The notes under the pieces are model-generated. The model was not told the DNA's origin, did not search any database, and saw nothing but the letters and a program-made list of their open reading frames with translations. Position numbers and translations under genes: made by a program. From contig NIVC01000659.1 of NCBI GenBank assembly GCA_002269645.1, positions 248,001 through 312,000 of the forward strand: DNA of 64,000 nucleotides. The letters run 5' to 3'. Origin of the DNA: Macrostomum lignano. Lineage: Eukaryota. The first letter of the stretch is position 1, and each line of letters opens with the position of its first letter. Below are positions 12,633 through 26,100 of the stretch, in pieces.

Positions 12633-15600
12633 TCAAAAGTCAGAGCAGTCCGCGCCCACTCCGTTGTCGAACTTCAACGCCGCATCTCCTCGAATCGCCG
12701 CCGAACTGTAGTTGAATCCATTCAATAGCAGCTCCTCTTCGGTGTCCTCCTCGTCAGCGTTCTCGATGACGTCATCGTCTTCAACAGCCGACAAGTTCAT
12801 GGGTGACTCTGGCTGACGCTGCTGCTGCTGCTGCTGGTCCGACTGGGCCTCGTCTTCAGTGCGCACTCGCTTGTACTTGGTGCGCCGGTTCTGAAACCAC
12901 ACCTTCACCTGGAGTGGGGTTGGTGATTAATAAGCAGGTAGATTGTAGTAGTTATTCAGGTGTACAAGTTGGAAAGAATTTGTACAGCATGGGGATATTC
13001 TAATGTACAGAATGGGGATATTCTAATGTACAGAATGGTGATATTCTAATGTAAAGAATGGGATATTCTAATGTACAGAATGGGGATATTCTAATGTAAA
13101 GAATGGGATATTCTAATGTACAGAATGGGGATATTCTAATGTAAAGAATGGGATATTCTAATGTACAGAATGGGGATATTCTAATGTAAAGAATGGGATA
13201 GTCTAATGTACAGAATGGGATTTTCTAATGTACAGAATGGGATTTTCTAATGTACAGAATGGAATTTTCTAATGTACAGAATGGTGATATTCTAATGTAC
13301 AGAATGGTGATATTCTAATGTACAGAATGGTGATATTCTAATGTACAGAATGGGGATATTCTAATGTACAGAATGGGGATATTCTAATGTAAAGAATGGG
13401 ATATTCTAATGTACAGAATGGGATATTCTAATGTACAGAATGGTGATATTCTAATGTACAGAATGGTGATATTCTAATGTAAAGAATGGGATATTCTAAT
13501 GTACAGAATGGTGATATTCTAATGTAAAGAATGGGATATTCTAATGTACAGAATGGGGATATTCTAATGTGAAGAATGGGATATTCTAATGTACAGAATG
13601 GGGATATTCTAATGTAAAGAATGGGATATTCTAATGTACAGAATGGGGATATTCTAATGTAAAGAATGGGATATTCTAATGTACAGAATGGGATTTTCTA
13701 ATGTACAGAATGGGATTTTCTAATGTACAGAATGGAATTTTCTAATGTACAGAATGGTGATATTCTAATGTACAGAATGGTGATATTCTAATGTACAGAA
13801 TGGTGATATTCTAATGTACAGAATGGGGATATTCTAATGTACAGAATGGGGATATTCTAATGTAAAGAATGGGATATTCTAATGTACAGAATGGGATATT
13901 CTAATGTACAGAATGGTGATATTCTAATGTACAGAATGGTGATATTCTAATGTAAAGAATGGGATATTCTAATGTACAGAATGGTGATATTCTAATGTAC
14001 AGAATGGTGATATTCTAATGTACAGAATGGGGATTTTCTAATGTACAGAATGGGATATTCTAATGTACAGAATGGTGATATTCTAATGTACAGAATTAGT
14101 GACATTTAAACTGAGCATTTACACAGCCTCAAATTCCTGGCCCAAAAAAAAATCTCACCATATAATTACTAGCGGCGATTAGCAGATCAGAAAATCCCTA
14201 TAATTGTTTTAAGGTAAATCTCCAATTCCCATAGCATTTCCTAATCCGTTCAATTCCAATATTCTGCCTAGAAAGAGATTATCTCCTAAATGATTTTCCT
14301 CGCGTAGATTTTATATGCCAAAATCAGCGCGAACAATTAATTGACAGTTGGAAATTGCAGCATTGGAGCGGGACTCAGAGATCTGCGAGGATTATAAGAT
14401 AAAAACTGACCGACTCAATCCTTTCTGGCCCCTATTGTGCTCTTGTGTATCCAACCCTTGTTAATCCGACTGATTTTGCCAGATCACAATGCGAGACCTG
14501 GCTGGCAGGGCAGGACAGATAGGCAGACAGACAAAGATTAACTCTTAAACCTTCGCAGCAATCGAGAAATTGTGAGCAGCCATTATGCGCCAAATTAGAC
14601 GCACAGTGCTGTTTGAATGAATGAAAACTACGAGGGCTCATGGGGCTTAGCGACTATTTCCTTTGAGCACCAGGGGCTTTAGCACCAGGGGCTTTAGCCC
14701 CTCGTAGTTTTCTGTACATATTCTAATGTACTAATATGCTAAAGCCCCTTTAGCACCAGGGGCTTTAGCACCAGGGGCTTTAGCACCAGGGGCGCCAGCA
14801 CCAGGGGCGCCAGCACCAGAGGCGCCAGCACCAGGGGCGCCAGCACCAGGGGCGCCAGCACCAGAGGCGCCAGCACCAGGGGCGCCAGCACCAGGGGCGC
14901 CAGCAACAGGGGCGCCAGCACCAGGGGCGCCAGCACCAGGGGCGCCAGCACCAGGGGCGCCAGCACCAGGGGCGCCAGCACCAGGGCGCCAGCACCAGGG
15001 GCGCCAGCACCAGGGGCGCCAGCACCAGGGGCGCCAGCACCAGGGGCGCCAGCACCAGAGGCGCCAGCACCAGGGGCGCCAGCACCAGGGGCGCCAGCAC
15101 CAGGGGCGCCAGCACCAGGGGCGCCAGCACCAGGGGCGCCAGCACCAGGGACACCAGCGCCATACACTTCAGCTAGCTCTTGCCTTTTGCTACTGCTGCT
15201 CCCGTGAGCACACAGGAGTCCTGTTGAGCGCAGGCTTAATCGAACAATCCCTCCCCCCGAACCCAAACCTGATCGCTGGTTTGGCACGCGCAGGAGGCAA
15301 CTGAGTTTTATTAATTAGAATTAGATAGGGCTTATTATTATTCAGCCGAGAGGAAATGAGACGGCTCAGGCCAACCCCCCATTTCCCTATAAATAAGAGT
15401 TGAAAGTGAAAACTGCTTTGGGTTTTGCCGGGCCGGCCCACCGGGATCTGCCGCAGCCTTCCGGCAGCCGGGCAGGCATAAATGGCAGATTAGCACGCGA
15501 GAATGCCTGCGGACCTGCTGCTACTCAGCTCATGTCAGCCCTCATTTCCTTTCCACGCTGCCCGATCTGCAGTCTTTAATCTGAGCACCGGCTCGGGGAA

Positions 15601-18600
15601 TGAACGGCATGGCATGACAAGCCGGGGGGCGATTTATGAGCTTCATATCCTAAAGTTGTCAAGCTGAGTTCAACTTCCCGAGTAGCTAAAAATCCCCGCT
15701 TAACCCCTCTTGAGTCCGATATTAGCTTTATATACGGTTTGCCCAACGCAAATCTTCGGCACTTGAGCCAGCGCTCACGGATCTTCCCCTTTCCTTTCCC
15801 TGATTTCTCTTTTATGCGCCGCTTCCTGCCACCTTTCGCTGCAGAGGAATTCCAGCGCGACCTAACGAGCGCCTGACACGCAGAGTCGGCTGGAAGTCTC
15901 AAACTAACCCGGAAACTGCCGACTGTCAATGATGATCAGCGAGTAAGGGATTACGGATGATCTAAACAGGGACATGATGAAATTGATGATCAATTTGGCT
16001 GACAAATTAGTGGAATTCAAACTATCATCCATCAGGTGGGTTGTGAATTGAAATTTGAATCGCAGCATTAATTGACCTTGATAATATTATTCCATATAGA
16101 TATCAGGAGCCGTAGCCCACTGGTCCAGTGCGGCGCTTTGATGTGCCAGCGGCCCAGGCTCGATTCCCAAATGCAGTCACATTAATTTGGGGCTAAATTG
16201 GAATCTCGGCTTTATGGGTCTGGCCGTGCAATTAACGCCTTTGAGGGCCAACCCCCAAGGCGCAGTGAAGTGTACATGCCTAACGATAAATAAAGTTAGG
16301 GCCGCTGTACACTCCTGTGTGAGTGTGTGCCTGTGCGTATGCCTGCGTACGTATCCGCGCGCTAAATGTGTGCCTGCTCAGGGGAGTCTGCGGAATGGGC
16401 AGCAATGCCTCTCGCCGGTTGTGCGACAATGTCGCTTAAAGTGCACCAGGGTGCACACAGCCCCATGCCACTAATGAAAATCAGTAGATATCAGTAGATA
16501 CCAGTAGATATCAGTAGATACCAGTAGATATCATTAGATACCAGTAGATATCCGCAGATACCAGTAGATACCAGTAGATATCAGTAGATACCAGTAGATA
16601 TCCGTAGATACCAGTAGATATCAGTAGATATCAGTAGATATCAGTAGATACCAGTAGAATCAGTAGATATCAGTAGATATCAGTAGATACCAGTAGATAT
16701 CATTAGATACCAGTAGATATCAGTAGATACCAGTAGATACCAGTAGATATCAGTAGATACCAGTAGATACCAGTAGATACCAGTAGATACCAGTAGATAT
16801 CATTAGATACCAGTAGATATCAGTAGATATCAGTAGATACCAGTAGAATCAGTAGATACCAGTAGATACCAGTAGATACCAGTAGATATCAGTAGATACC
16901 AGTAGAATCAGTAGATATCAGTAGATATCAGTAGATATCAGTAGATACCAGTAGAATTCAGTAGAATTCAGTAGAATTGGGTAGATATTTGCCATGGGTA
17001 GAGATTGTTAGGCAGCGCTCTTATACAACATGATTCAGCAGTTACTCACCTGAGTCTCTGACAGGTTCAGTCCGGCCGCCAGCTCCTTCCTCTCCTGTCC
17101 AACAACGTAGTGATTCTTTTCGAACGCCTGCTCCAGCTGCAGCAGTTGGCCGGGAGAAAATGCCGTCCGAATTCGTTTCGGCTTTCGGTAGCTTTGGAAC
17201 AGGAAGGCTTCGGGACCTGTTGGGATGCGGGAGGGAATTCAGATTCATGAGTTACCGGTCATTATATATAGGTTGCCAAGGTAACGCTGTCAGCTGCGGC
17301 TTCGAATCAGCAACAGATCGAATTAAGAAAGCGTACGATGTCGCAAAATGGGGGGGGCGTTGACAGGCGCCAGTTTAGGGGCGCCAACTTAGGGTGCCAA
17401 CTTAGGGGCGCCAACTTAGAGGGCGCCAATTTAGAGGGCGCCGACTTAGTAGCGCCAACTTACCTGGAGAGGCGCCAACTAAGGATGTCAACTTAGGGGC
17501 GCCAGTTTAAGGGCGCCAACTTAGGGACGCCAGTTTAAGGGCGCCAGTTTAGGGGCGCCAATTTAGGGGCGCCAGTTTAAGGGTACCAACTTAGGGGCGC
17601 AGGTTTTTGGGGCGCTAGTGGAGAGGCGCTAACTTAGCAGCGCCATCTTAGGGGTGCCAGTTTAGGGGCGCCAGTTTAGGGGCGCCAACTTAGCTGCGCC
17701 AACTTGGCTGCGCCAACTTAGGGGCTTATCCACGCCCCCACGGATGCGTGCAGGATTGATTCAATGAAATCAAAAAACATTCAATTAGATTTTAGCTTTC
17801 AAGAGCTTGAGGAATACTTCTTGGATTTTAAAACCTACTCTCCGCTCTGACGCAGTTGGCAAATGGATTGCGTAGTCAAGGTGGATAGGTGTATCAATAT
17901 ACCTGACACTATAATCTGCATTTCCATCTGCATTCAAATAAAAATTATTGAGCAAACAAAGCCCAAGCATTTGTATTTTTCTCCACTAATTGAAGCCTAA
18001 AAGCGATGCAATATCGAGGCAATTTATAGAACCGTCCCATTGTTGCAAGCATTAGCTAAAACCCCCTCATTGTGCAGCAGCAGTTGCAGTCGAGGAGTGA
18101 GCACAAACCACCGTGTATAAGTGAGTAGCTGAATCGAGAGAGCTGATTAAATAAGAGGTGTTTTAAGCCGAAAGTGCTCAGTGATGAATCCATAAAAATC
18201 TTTCAAATAGATGCCTGCTTGTCAAGCCCCATGCAGTGCCTCTCTGCGTGCTGTCACGTAGTGCTGTCACCTCCGACTGCTGCTAATGAAGCAATTTAAA
18301 CTGCTGCTAGAGCGATGAAAAGGTTGAAAATAATTCCATTTTATCTGATTGTTGAAAGCACTCTGCAGGGCTGCACTGTTTTGTGTAAACAGTCAGGTTG
18401 GTCATGCTGTGCGCATTGTTAATTATCTCTGCACCTCCATTCAGGCTTGTTGCTGTTTACCTGTCAGTCAGCTGGGGGCTCGTGCGCTTCTCACGAATTC
18501 GAGCTACAGTGGCAATGCGTCCCCGGGTTCGATTCCCCAAGGCCTGCTGTCAGGCGCAGAGGCTCACCTGGGATGCGCACAGATCCCGGATGTCCGAACT

Positions 18601-18970
18601 GATGAGCTCCCGGCTGAGGCTGGAAGCGGGCGTGCAGCGCCTGCAGCCACATCCTTTGATCCGGTGTCTGCTGCAGCTGCTGTGGAAGCCGCGCACCTGG
18701 AAACTGGCTCCAAAGTCTTAGAGGGGTCGGCACTGGGAACCCGGCCGCAGCCGCCGCAGCCGCAGCCGCAGCCGCCGCCGCCGCAACTGCAGCCGCCGTA
18801 CTAGTTGGTGCTGAAGTAGTCGCAGGCGCGGTTCCTCTTTCGCCGTCGGTAGCATTGGCGTTGCAGTCCTCAGCCGCCGCTGCTTGAGCAGACCGCTGCT
18901 CTCCGGCCTCCAAAGCGTCTTGATCTCCTTCGCACTTGCCGATCAGCTCAGCAATGGTGAAGCCGGTCAT
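12633..18970 (-). CDS. Emx: Emx/empty spiracles homeobox protein, 3 exons, 281 aa
   Basis: Exons 18970-18568, 17216-17050 and 12908-12633, all GT-AG with compatible phases (1, 0). N-terminal eh1-like GFTIAELIG; homeodomain [46 protein letters not shown]|[14 protein letters not shown], diagnostic of Emx. Confidence 0.96.
12990..14097. repeat. Minisatellite, ~22-23-bp unit (GGGATATTCTAATGTACAGAAT) in Emx intron 2
   Basis: Direct inspection. Confidence 0.95.
14631..14704. mobile_element. 74-bp Tc1/mariner-type micro-MITE
   Basis: TA|CGAGGGCT ... AGCCCCTCG|TA; removing the element restores the perfect palindromic target GAAAACTAGTTTTC. Confidence 0.7.
14748..15150. repeat. Minisatellite, 15-bp unit (CCAGCACCAGGGGCG)
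   Basis: Direct inspection; the GAPGA/APLVL ORFs are artefacts. Confidence 0.95.
16107..16480 (+). mobile_element. tRNA-derived SINE, copy 1
   Basis: A-box-like TAGCCCACTGG and B-box GGCTCGATTCC; body shared with the copies at 34777 and 49328; TAATGAAAA tail; TAGATATCAG duplicated on both flanks. Confidence 0.85.
16481..16980. repeat. 10-bp minisatellite (YCAGTAGATA), ~50 copies, abutting the SINE 3' end
   Basis: Direct inspection; the unit is a permutation of the SINE TSD. Confidence 0.95.
17365..17727. repeat. Degenerate ~17-18-bp minisatellite (GGGGCGCCAACTTAG core) in Emx intron 1
   Basis: Direct inspection. Confidence 0.85.
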
Positions 18971-19169
18971 TTAGGGGGAGTTGAACTGCTTGTTTCTTTT
19001 TAAACAAAGACTGCAGCCTAGAGAGCCCGAGCCAGACTGTTTTCAGAGCGAGCTTTGATTTGATTTTCTTTTATTAGCTATAAAGAATATCTTGCCGCTA
19101 TGGTGAGCAGGGCCGGGACTCATTTGAGCAGAGCATTAGTGGTTCACAGCCAGCCCCAATCCCCCCTCA

Positions 19170-19300
19170 CCGTTCTCTCATTGGCTGCAGTAAGCGCGGC
19201 CTCTAACCAACCCCGCCCCATCTCTTCTAGTGCCGCGCCGCGCCGCGCTAAGCACACCTCCTCAACTCGGTCCTCATCATAGCGCACATCCGGTCCCCGC
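19170..19300 (-). promoter_or_regulatory. Putative Emx proximal promoter (CCAAT box, GC box)
   Basis: ATTGG at ~19179, CCCCGCCCC at ~19210 and a CpG-rich patch 200-300 bp upstream of the Emx ATG. Confidence 0.35.
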
Positions 19301-19326
19301 GCGTGGCAACTGCAGATAATAATTTG

Positions 19327-19750
<424 letters not shown>

Positions 19751-21528
19751 TGTTATAACATAGCTATGTGCTTGTACATGTTGTCATATATTTAAGTAGT
19801 TTTTAGATGCGCACTTAGCCTTGTGTGAGCCAATTCTAACACGCAAAAATGGCACATTATAGATACATTTACAATTATGGCATTGTTGGGCCGAGATTTA
19901 CATATATAACTGTATATATGTATTCGCTATTTCAGCTGTGCTCGGGAAGTTCAGCTCTGATCTGCTCCTTTGGCTTCAGATCATTTCAATAGTAGTAAAA
20001 TAATTGTATTAATTTCGTTTGGTCCCTTTCAATATTTTTTTGGATCTTCCAGCAAAAACTTCGAAGGGCGAGCGGCCAATTCGCATCACATAGCACTCTG
20101 TTAAATAATTTTTTAAGTTCAAATACAGCACAAGTAGTACGTGCAGCTAGTTGTACTTTTACAGTGCAACATAATTTGTGCGGTTTTATGTACAGGTAAT
20201 TTATATATGCCAGTAATCAATGGTGCGAAAAACTCAGACGTAGTATTGGCTATATTTAAACATCTATGTATTTGGTACGCATCTCTAAAGGAAGAGTTAG
20301 TCCAACTAAATTATTAGTTTGAACAATGCTTTATTCATACCTGAATGTTGTACCGTTGTACAAGTCCCAATTTACAAATCGTACAAGTCCCTAACGAAGC
20401 ACGGTACACGTAGATGTATGGCTAAATTTTGCTCATAATTTCAAATATAGAAATTTTTATAGCATTAGACATAACTGAAATACAATTCTTATTCTTCTTA
20501 AAATATTTCTACATAAATTTTTGACGAGAGTTTAGCAGCTCAGTATTTCGTTTTTGTTGCTGTCCCAAAAAGCGTGCTGAAGAAAGAATTAATTACTTCT
20601 TCCGGCTTTTTTGGGATAAAACAAAATTAGTAAGTTATACCGACAAATTATGCATAGATTGTATTCTTTGAAACATATTTTATCTATTAACGTAACAAAA
20701 TAGATAAAATATCCTTTAAAAATAATGCTTATAAAGCATTCTTTTGACTCTACAGACAATATTCATAATTTGTCGTAGAAATTGTCAGGGAATTTTCACC
20801 TATTGTTTTAGACTCATCAAGTACATAATTCAGTAAGCTCAGCTGTACAGTACTGACGCTGAAAACGACTTTAACTTTGTCTTTTCTGTAAGCCTGAAGA
20901 TAAAATCTATATAGAAAATCATTTTACAGTTAATTTAAAGCTAGCTCTTGTTATTGATGGCTTTTAATTATTGTAGTTTTGATAGGAAGTCTTCATATAT
21001 TTACGATCTGAATATTTTCATCATTTTTAACTTGTTTACTGTTCCACGACACACACAAAGTAGAAGATGAAGAATCCTTAGATATTTTTATGAGTGTTAG
21101 GCTATTACAGAAATTAAAAAATCCAGTTATTAGAAAGTGGAATATAATTACATAATCTATATAATCTACTAGTGTAATTCTTTTTTTACACTCTTGTACA
21201 TCATACTATAGTATGAAATCAGTTCAACTTTAAAAATTATCATATTTTGAAATGTACAAAAATAAATACAACACAAATGAGAAGTAAAATATGCACAAAC
21301 AAAAATCCATACTAGTTTTTTAAAATTAACAGTTTTTCGTTTTTAGTTTTCAGTTCCATTTTTATTGATTCTAAAAAAATTTCGAAGAATCAGTTTGCTC
21401 AACAATAATATAAAAGCAAAAATAGTAAGTAAATAAAATTAGCAAATAAAAAACTGTTGGTAAATAGCAAATTTGATATTAAGATCAATATTAAGAATAA
21501 TAAGACTGACTCTCTTTTACTTCTTCAG

Positions 21529-23114
21529 ATGTCGTTAAGGCTCACTAAAAAAGCAGACGTCGACGCGGAATCCGAACCCGACAGCCGGCAGCCAGATGAC
21601 GAAGCGACGTCCGCGACGGAAGATGACGAGGAGGACCAGGGCGAAGAAGACGATGTCGACGACGACGACAACCTTGACGACGACGACGACGACAACGACG
21701 ACGACGACGACGAAGAGGTGAGCGCAGCCGGGGAGCTGACTCTGGAAGACGATCTGACGGCCAGCGTGCTGATCAACGCAGCGCCAGTTGTCGGTGAAGA
21801 CGACGACGAAGTTACCGGCGAAGGCGACGATGAAGAGGAGGAAGACGACGACGAGGAGACGGCATCGCCAGCCCCAGCTGATCAGTCGCTGCCGAAGTCA
21901 AGCAACATCGTTAAGCCGACGCCGCCGCCGCTGCCGATTGTGCCGACGCCGAAGGCTGCGAAGCCGTCCACGGTGGTGAAACTGGCGCCAACCGAGGAGA
22001 CGGACAGGTCGACGAAGCCTGAGACGCCGGCGCGTCCGGTGCCGACAGGCAGCGCTAAGAAGAAGAAAAAGAAAAAGTAAGATTAGATTGGGTGAATGCG
22101 CTTACTGAAGGAGTTAGCGGCGCTTACTGAAGGTGCTAGGCGTATCTGGGCGAACCCGAAATGAATTCAAGAATTTTTGCAGACTCCTAAACATTTCAGT
22201 GAAAAATGTTTGAAGAAATATTTTATTATTAGTACAATTTAATAACAATATTTTTCAGGGTTTACACAATTTGCTTAACCAGCTGCAAGTACGATGTCGG
22301 TGAGTGCAGTGCCCCCCTTGAAATATCTACATATTGTTGGCCCCAATAGTTTAAGTTCTACCAAATAAAACTGTATTTACCATCTTGCAGTCCGTCGATC
22401 TGCCCGTCGGGTCGGTTTTCGCGAAGTCGAAGAGGATGACGACTGGAACGTGTATTGGACAGACACATACGTGACCATAGACAAAGTCTGCGCTATGAAG
22501 AAGTACCAGGTAACTGCTGGCACAGATTCGTATCCGAGGCCCCGAAAAGCCTACAGGGGTTTGGGCCATAGACATCCAGCTGCTGCTGCTAATGCTTGAG
22601 AGCAGCATAAGCTACTGTCTATGGTCTGAACCCCCGGCTGGAGTGGCCCATATCTAGGGGCAGATAGAATTCGTGGCTGCAGCTGAAGACCATAGAAGCT
22701 TCCTGGGCATATTTTACCCAGGTTTTTTTTACCATAGACAGTAGTCTAGAGAATATTTATTATTATCATTATTTCACAGAGAATTATTATTGGGAATTCT
22801 CTACTAAAACAACTTCTCATATCGTACTTTTGTACTTTTGCTTTGTTTTTAATTTGCATCTTTGACTTTCAAAAAATATTTTATCTTGAAATTATCGCCC
22901 TATGGAAAAACCAACACAGAAAATTAATCATTTTCCGGGAATGAGCGAGATCTGCAGGAAAGATAATCTTAGCCGGAATTTGGCCCGAATGCAGAAGCTC
23001 TTTCCTAAGGAGTTCGCCAATATAGCGCCCAAGACTTGGATACTGCCTGCCGAGTGAGTCTGTGCTGAAGGATATGATCGATAGATAGGGTGAACAGGTA
23101 GAATAGATGGCTAT

Positions 23115-23198
<84 letters not shown>

Positions 23199-26100
23199 CT
23201 AAGACACTAAGACACTAAGACACTAAGACACTAAGACACTAAGACACTAAGACAGACAGACAGACACTAAGACAAGATAGATAGACAGTGTCTAAGACAG
23301 ACAGACACTAAGAAACTAAGACAAGATAGATAGACAGTGTCTAAGACAGACAGACACTTTATATTTCCCGAACCCATCCCCTGCCAGCTGGGGAGAGTTG
23401 CAGGCGTTCGCCCGCAGCAAGAAGCACAAGACTTACATCCTGAAGCCGGAGGCCAGCTGCCAGGGCAAGGGCATCTGGTGCACTAAAAACGCCAAGGACA
23501 TCAAACCGGGCGAGCATCAGATCTGCCAGTTGTACCTCACCAAGGTGAGATCGGCTGTAGTCTCTGCTTAATCAAGCAGCTCGTTGTTATCTATGGGTTT
23601 ATCTATTCTTATCCATATTGACTAGATTAGCAATCCATATTGACTAGATTAGCAATCCATATTGACTAGATTAGCAATCCATATTGACTAGATTAGCAAT
23701 ACATATTGGCTCAACCTCAACTTCTTTCATCCGCCGCAGCCGTTTCTCATAGACGGCTACAAATTCGATCTGAGGGTCTACGTGCTGGTGACCAGCTGCG
23801 ACCCGTTGCGCATTTTTGTCTTCAAAGAAGGTCTCGCCCGGTTTACCACAGTGAAGTACAGGGACCCCACTAATGGCAATCTGGTAAGCTTTATCGGTTT
23901 ATTAGTTAAAAATTTACAAAATTTTAAGAACCGGAGGTAAATAGAAACAAAATGTTTTTTTTCGGGTGCTTGTGTAACTTTTATATTCGTGGTTTGTTTG
24001 TTAAAATTGCAGGAAAATATCTACATGCACCTGACTAACTATGCTGTGCAGAAGGGCCGGAAGGACTACGTTCGCAATGATGAAGAGGGCGGAACAAAAA
24101 GGTTTGTGTGGGGAAATGGGATCGGTGTGGGTGGGGAAATGGGATCGGTGTGGGTGGGGAAATGGGATCGGTGTGGGTGGGGAAATGGGATTGGTGTGTG
24201 TGTGTGGGGAAATGGGATTGGTGTGTGTGGGGGAATGGGATCGATGTGTGTGGGGAAATGGGATCGGTGTGTGTGTGGGGGAAATGGGATTGGTGTGTGT
24301 GGGGAAATGGGATCGATGTGTGTGGGGAAATGGGATCGGTGTGTGTGGGGAAATGGGATCGATGTGTGTGGGGAAATGGGATCGGTGTGTGTGGGGAAAT
24401 GGGATCGGTGTGTGTGGGAAAATGGGATCGATGTGTGTGGGGAAATGGGATCGGTGTGTGTGGGGAAATGGGATCGATGTGTGTGGGGAAATGGGATCGG
24501 TGTGGGTGGGGAAATGGGATCTGTGTGTGTGGGGAAATGGGATTGGTGTGTGTGGGAAAATGGGATCGATGTGTGTGGGGAAATGGGATCGGTGTGGGTG
24601 GGGAAATGGGATCGGTGTGTGTGGGGAAATGGGATCGATGTGTGTGGGGAAATGGGATCGGTGTGGGTGGGGAAATGGGATCTGTGTGTGTGGGGAAATG
24701 GGATTGGTGAGTGTGGGAAAATGGGATCGATGTGTGTGGGGAAATGGGATCGGTGTGGGTGGGGAAATGGGATCGGTGTGTGTGGGGAAATGGGATCGGT
24801 GTGTGTGGGAAAATGGGATCGATGTGTGTGGGGAAATGGGATCGGTGTGGGTGGGGAAATGGGATCGGTGTGTGTGGGGAAATGGGATCGGTGTGTGTGG
24901 GGGGAATGGGATTGGTGTGTGTGGGGGGAATGGGATTGGTGTGTGTGGGAGGAATGGGATTGGTGTGTGTGGGGGGAATGGGATTGGTGTGTGTGGGGAA
25001 ATGGGATTGGTGTGTGGGGGGGGAATGGGATTGGTGTGTGTTGGGAAATGGGATTGGTGTGTGTGGGGGGAATGGGATCGGTGTGTGTGGGGGGAATGGG
25101 ATTAGTGTGTGGGGAAATGGGATTGGTGTGTGTGGGGGGAATGAGATTGGTGTGTGTGGGGGAAATGGGATTGGTGTGTGTGGGGGGAATGGGATTGGTG
25201 TGTGTGGGGGAATGGGATTGGTGTGTGTGGGGAAATGGGATTGGTGTGTGGGGGGGGAATGGGATTGGTGTGTGTTGGGAAATGGGATTGGTGTGTGTGG
25301 GGGGAATGGGATCGGTGTGTGTGGGGGGAATGGGATTAGTGTGTGGGGAAATGGGATTGGTGTGTGTGGGGGGAATGAGATTGGTGTGTGTGGGGGAAAT
25401 GGGATTGGTGTGTGTGGGGGGAATGGGATTGGTGTGTGTGGGGAAAATGGGATCGGTGTGGGTGGGGAAATGGGATCGGTGTGTGTGGGGAAATGGGATC
25501 GGTGTGGGTGGGGAAATGGGATCGGTGTGTGTGGGGAAATGGGATTGGTGTGTGTGGGGGGAAATGGGATCGGTGTGGGTGGGGAAATGGGATCGGTGTG
25601 GGTGGGGAAATGGGATCGGTGTGTGTGGGGAAATGGGATCGGTGTGGGTGGGGAAATGGGATCGGTGTGTGTGGGGAAATGGGATCGGTGTGTGTGGGGA
25701 AATGGGATCGGTGTGGGTGGGGAAATGGGATCGGTGTGTGTGGGGAAATGGGATTGGTGTGTGTGGGGGGAAATGGGATTGGTGTGTCAAGTTGGGACAA
25801 TGGTGGGAAATAAGAATGCGATGCGAGTTGAGGCCACCCAGCGCTGGTAACCCCACCGCAGACGCATATCGACCATCAACCGCTGGCTGGAGAACAACAA
25901 CCACGACGTCGCCAAACTGTGGGTAGACATTGACGACATCATCATCAAGACGGTGATGTCTGCCCACTACGTAGTGAAGCACAATTATCGCACCTGCTTC
26001 CCTAATCACGTGAGAGGTTCCGCTTGTTTCGAAATTCTCGGTTTCGACATCATCTTAGACCGGAAGCTGCGGCCACAGGTGCTCGAGGTCAACCATAGTC

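Noticed and set aside
18460-18545. tRNA-like B-box GGGTTCGATTCCC in Emx intron 1
   Set aside because: No convincing A-box or cloverleaf, and no similarity to the SINE body.
19760-21450. AT-rich block that might be a transposon
   Set aside because: No TIRs, TSD or ORF remnants found by eye.
23989-26009. 645-aa and 647-aa Gly/Cys/Trp- or His/Pro-rich ORFs
   Set aside because: Read-through of an intronic G-rich minisatellite; only the flanking TTLL exons are real.
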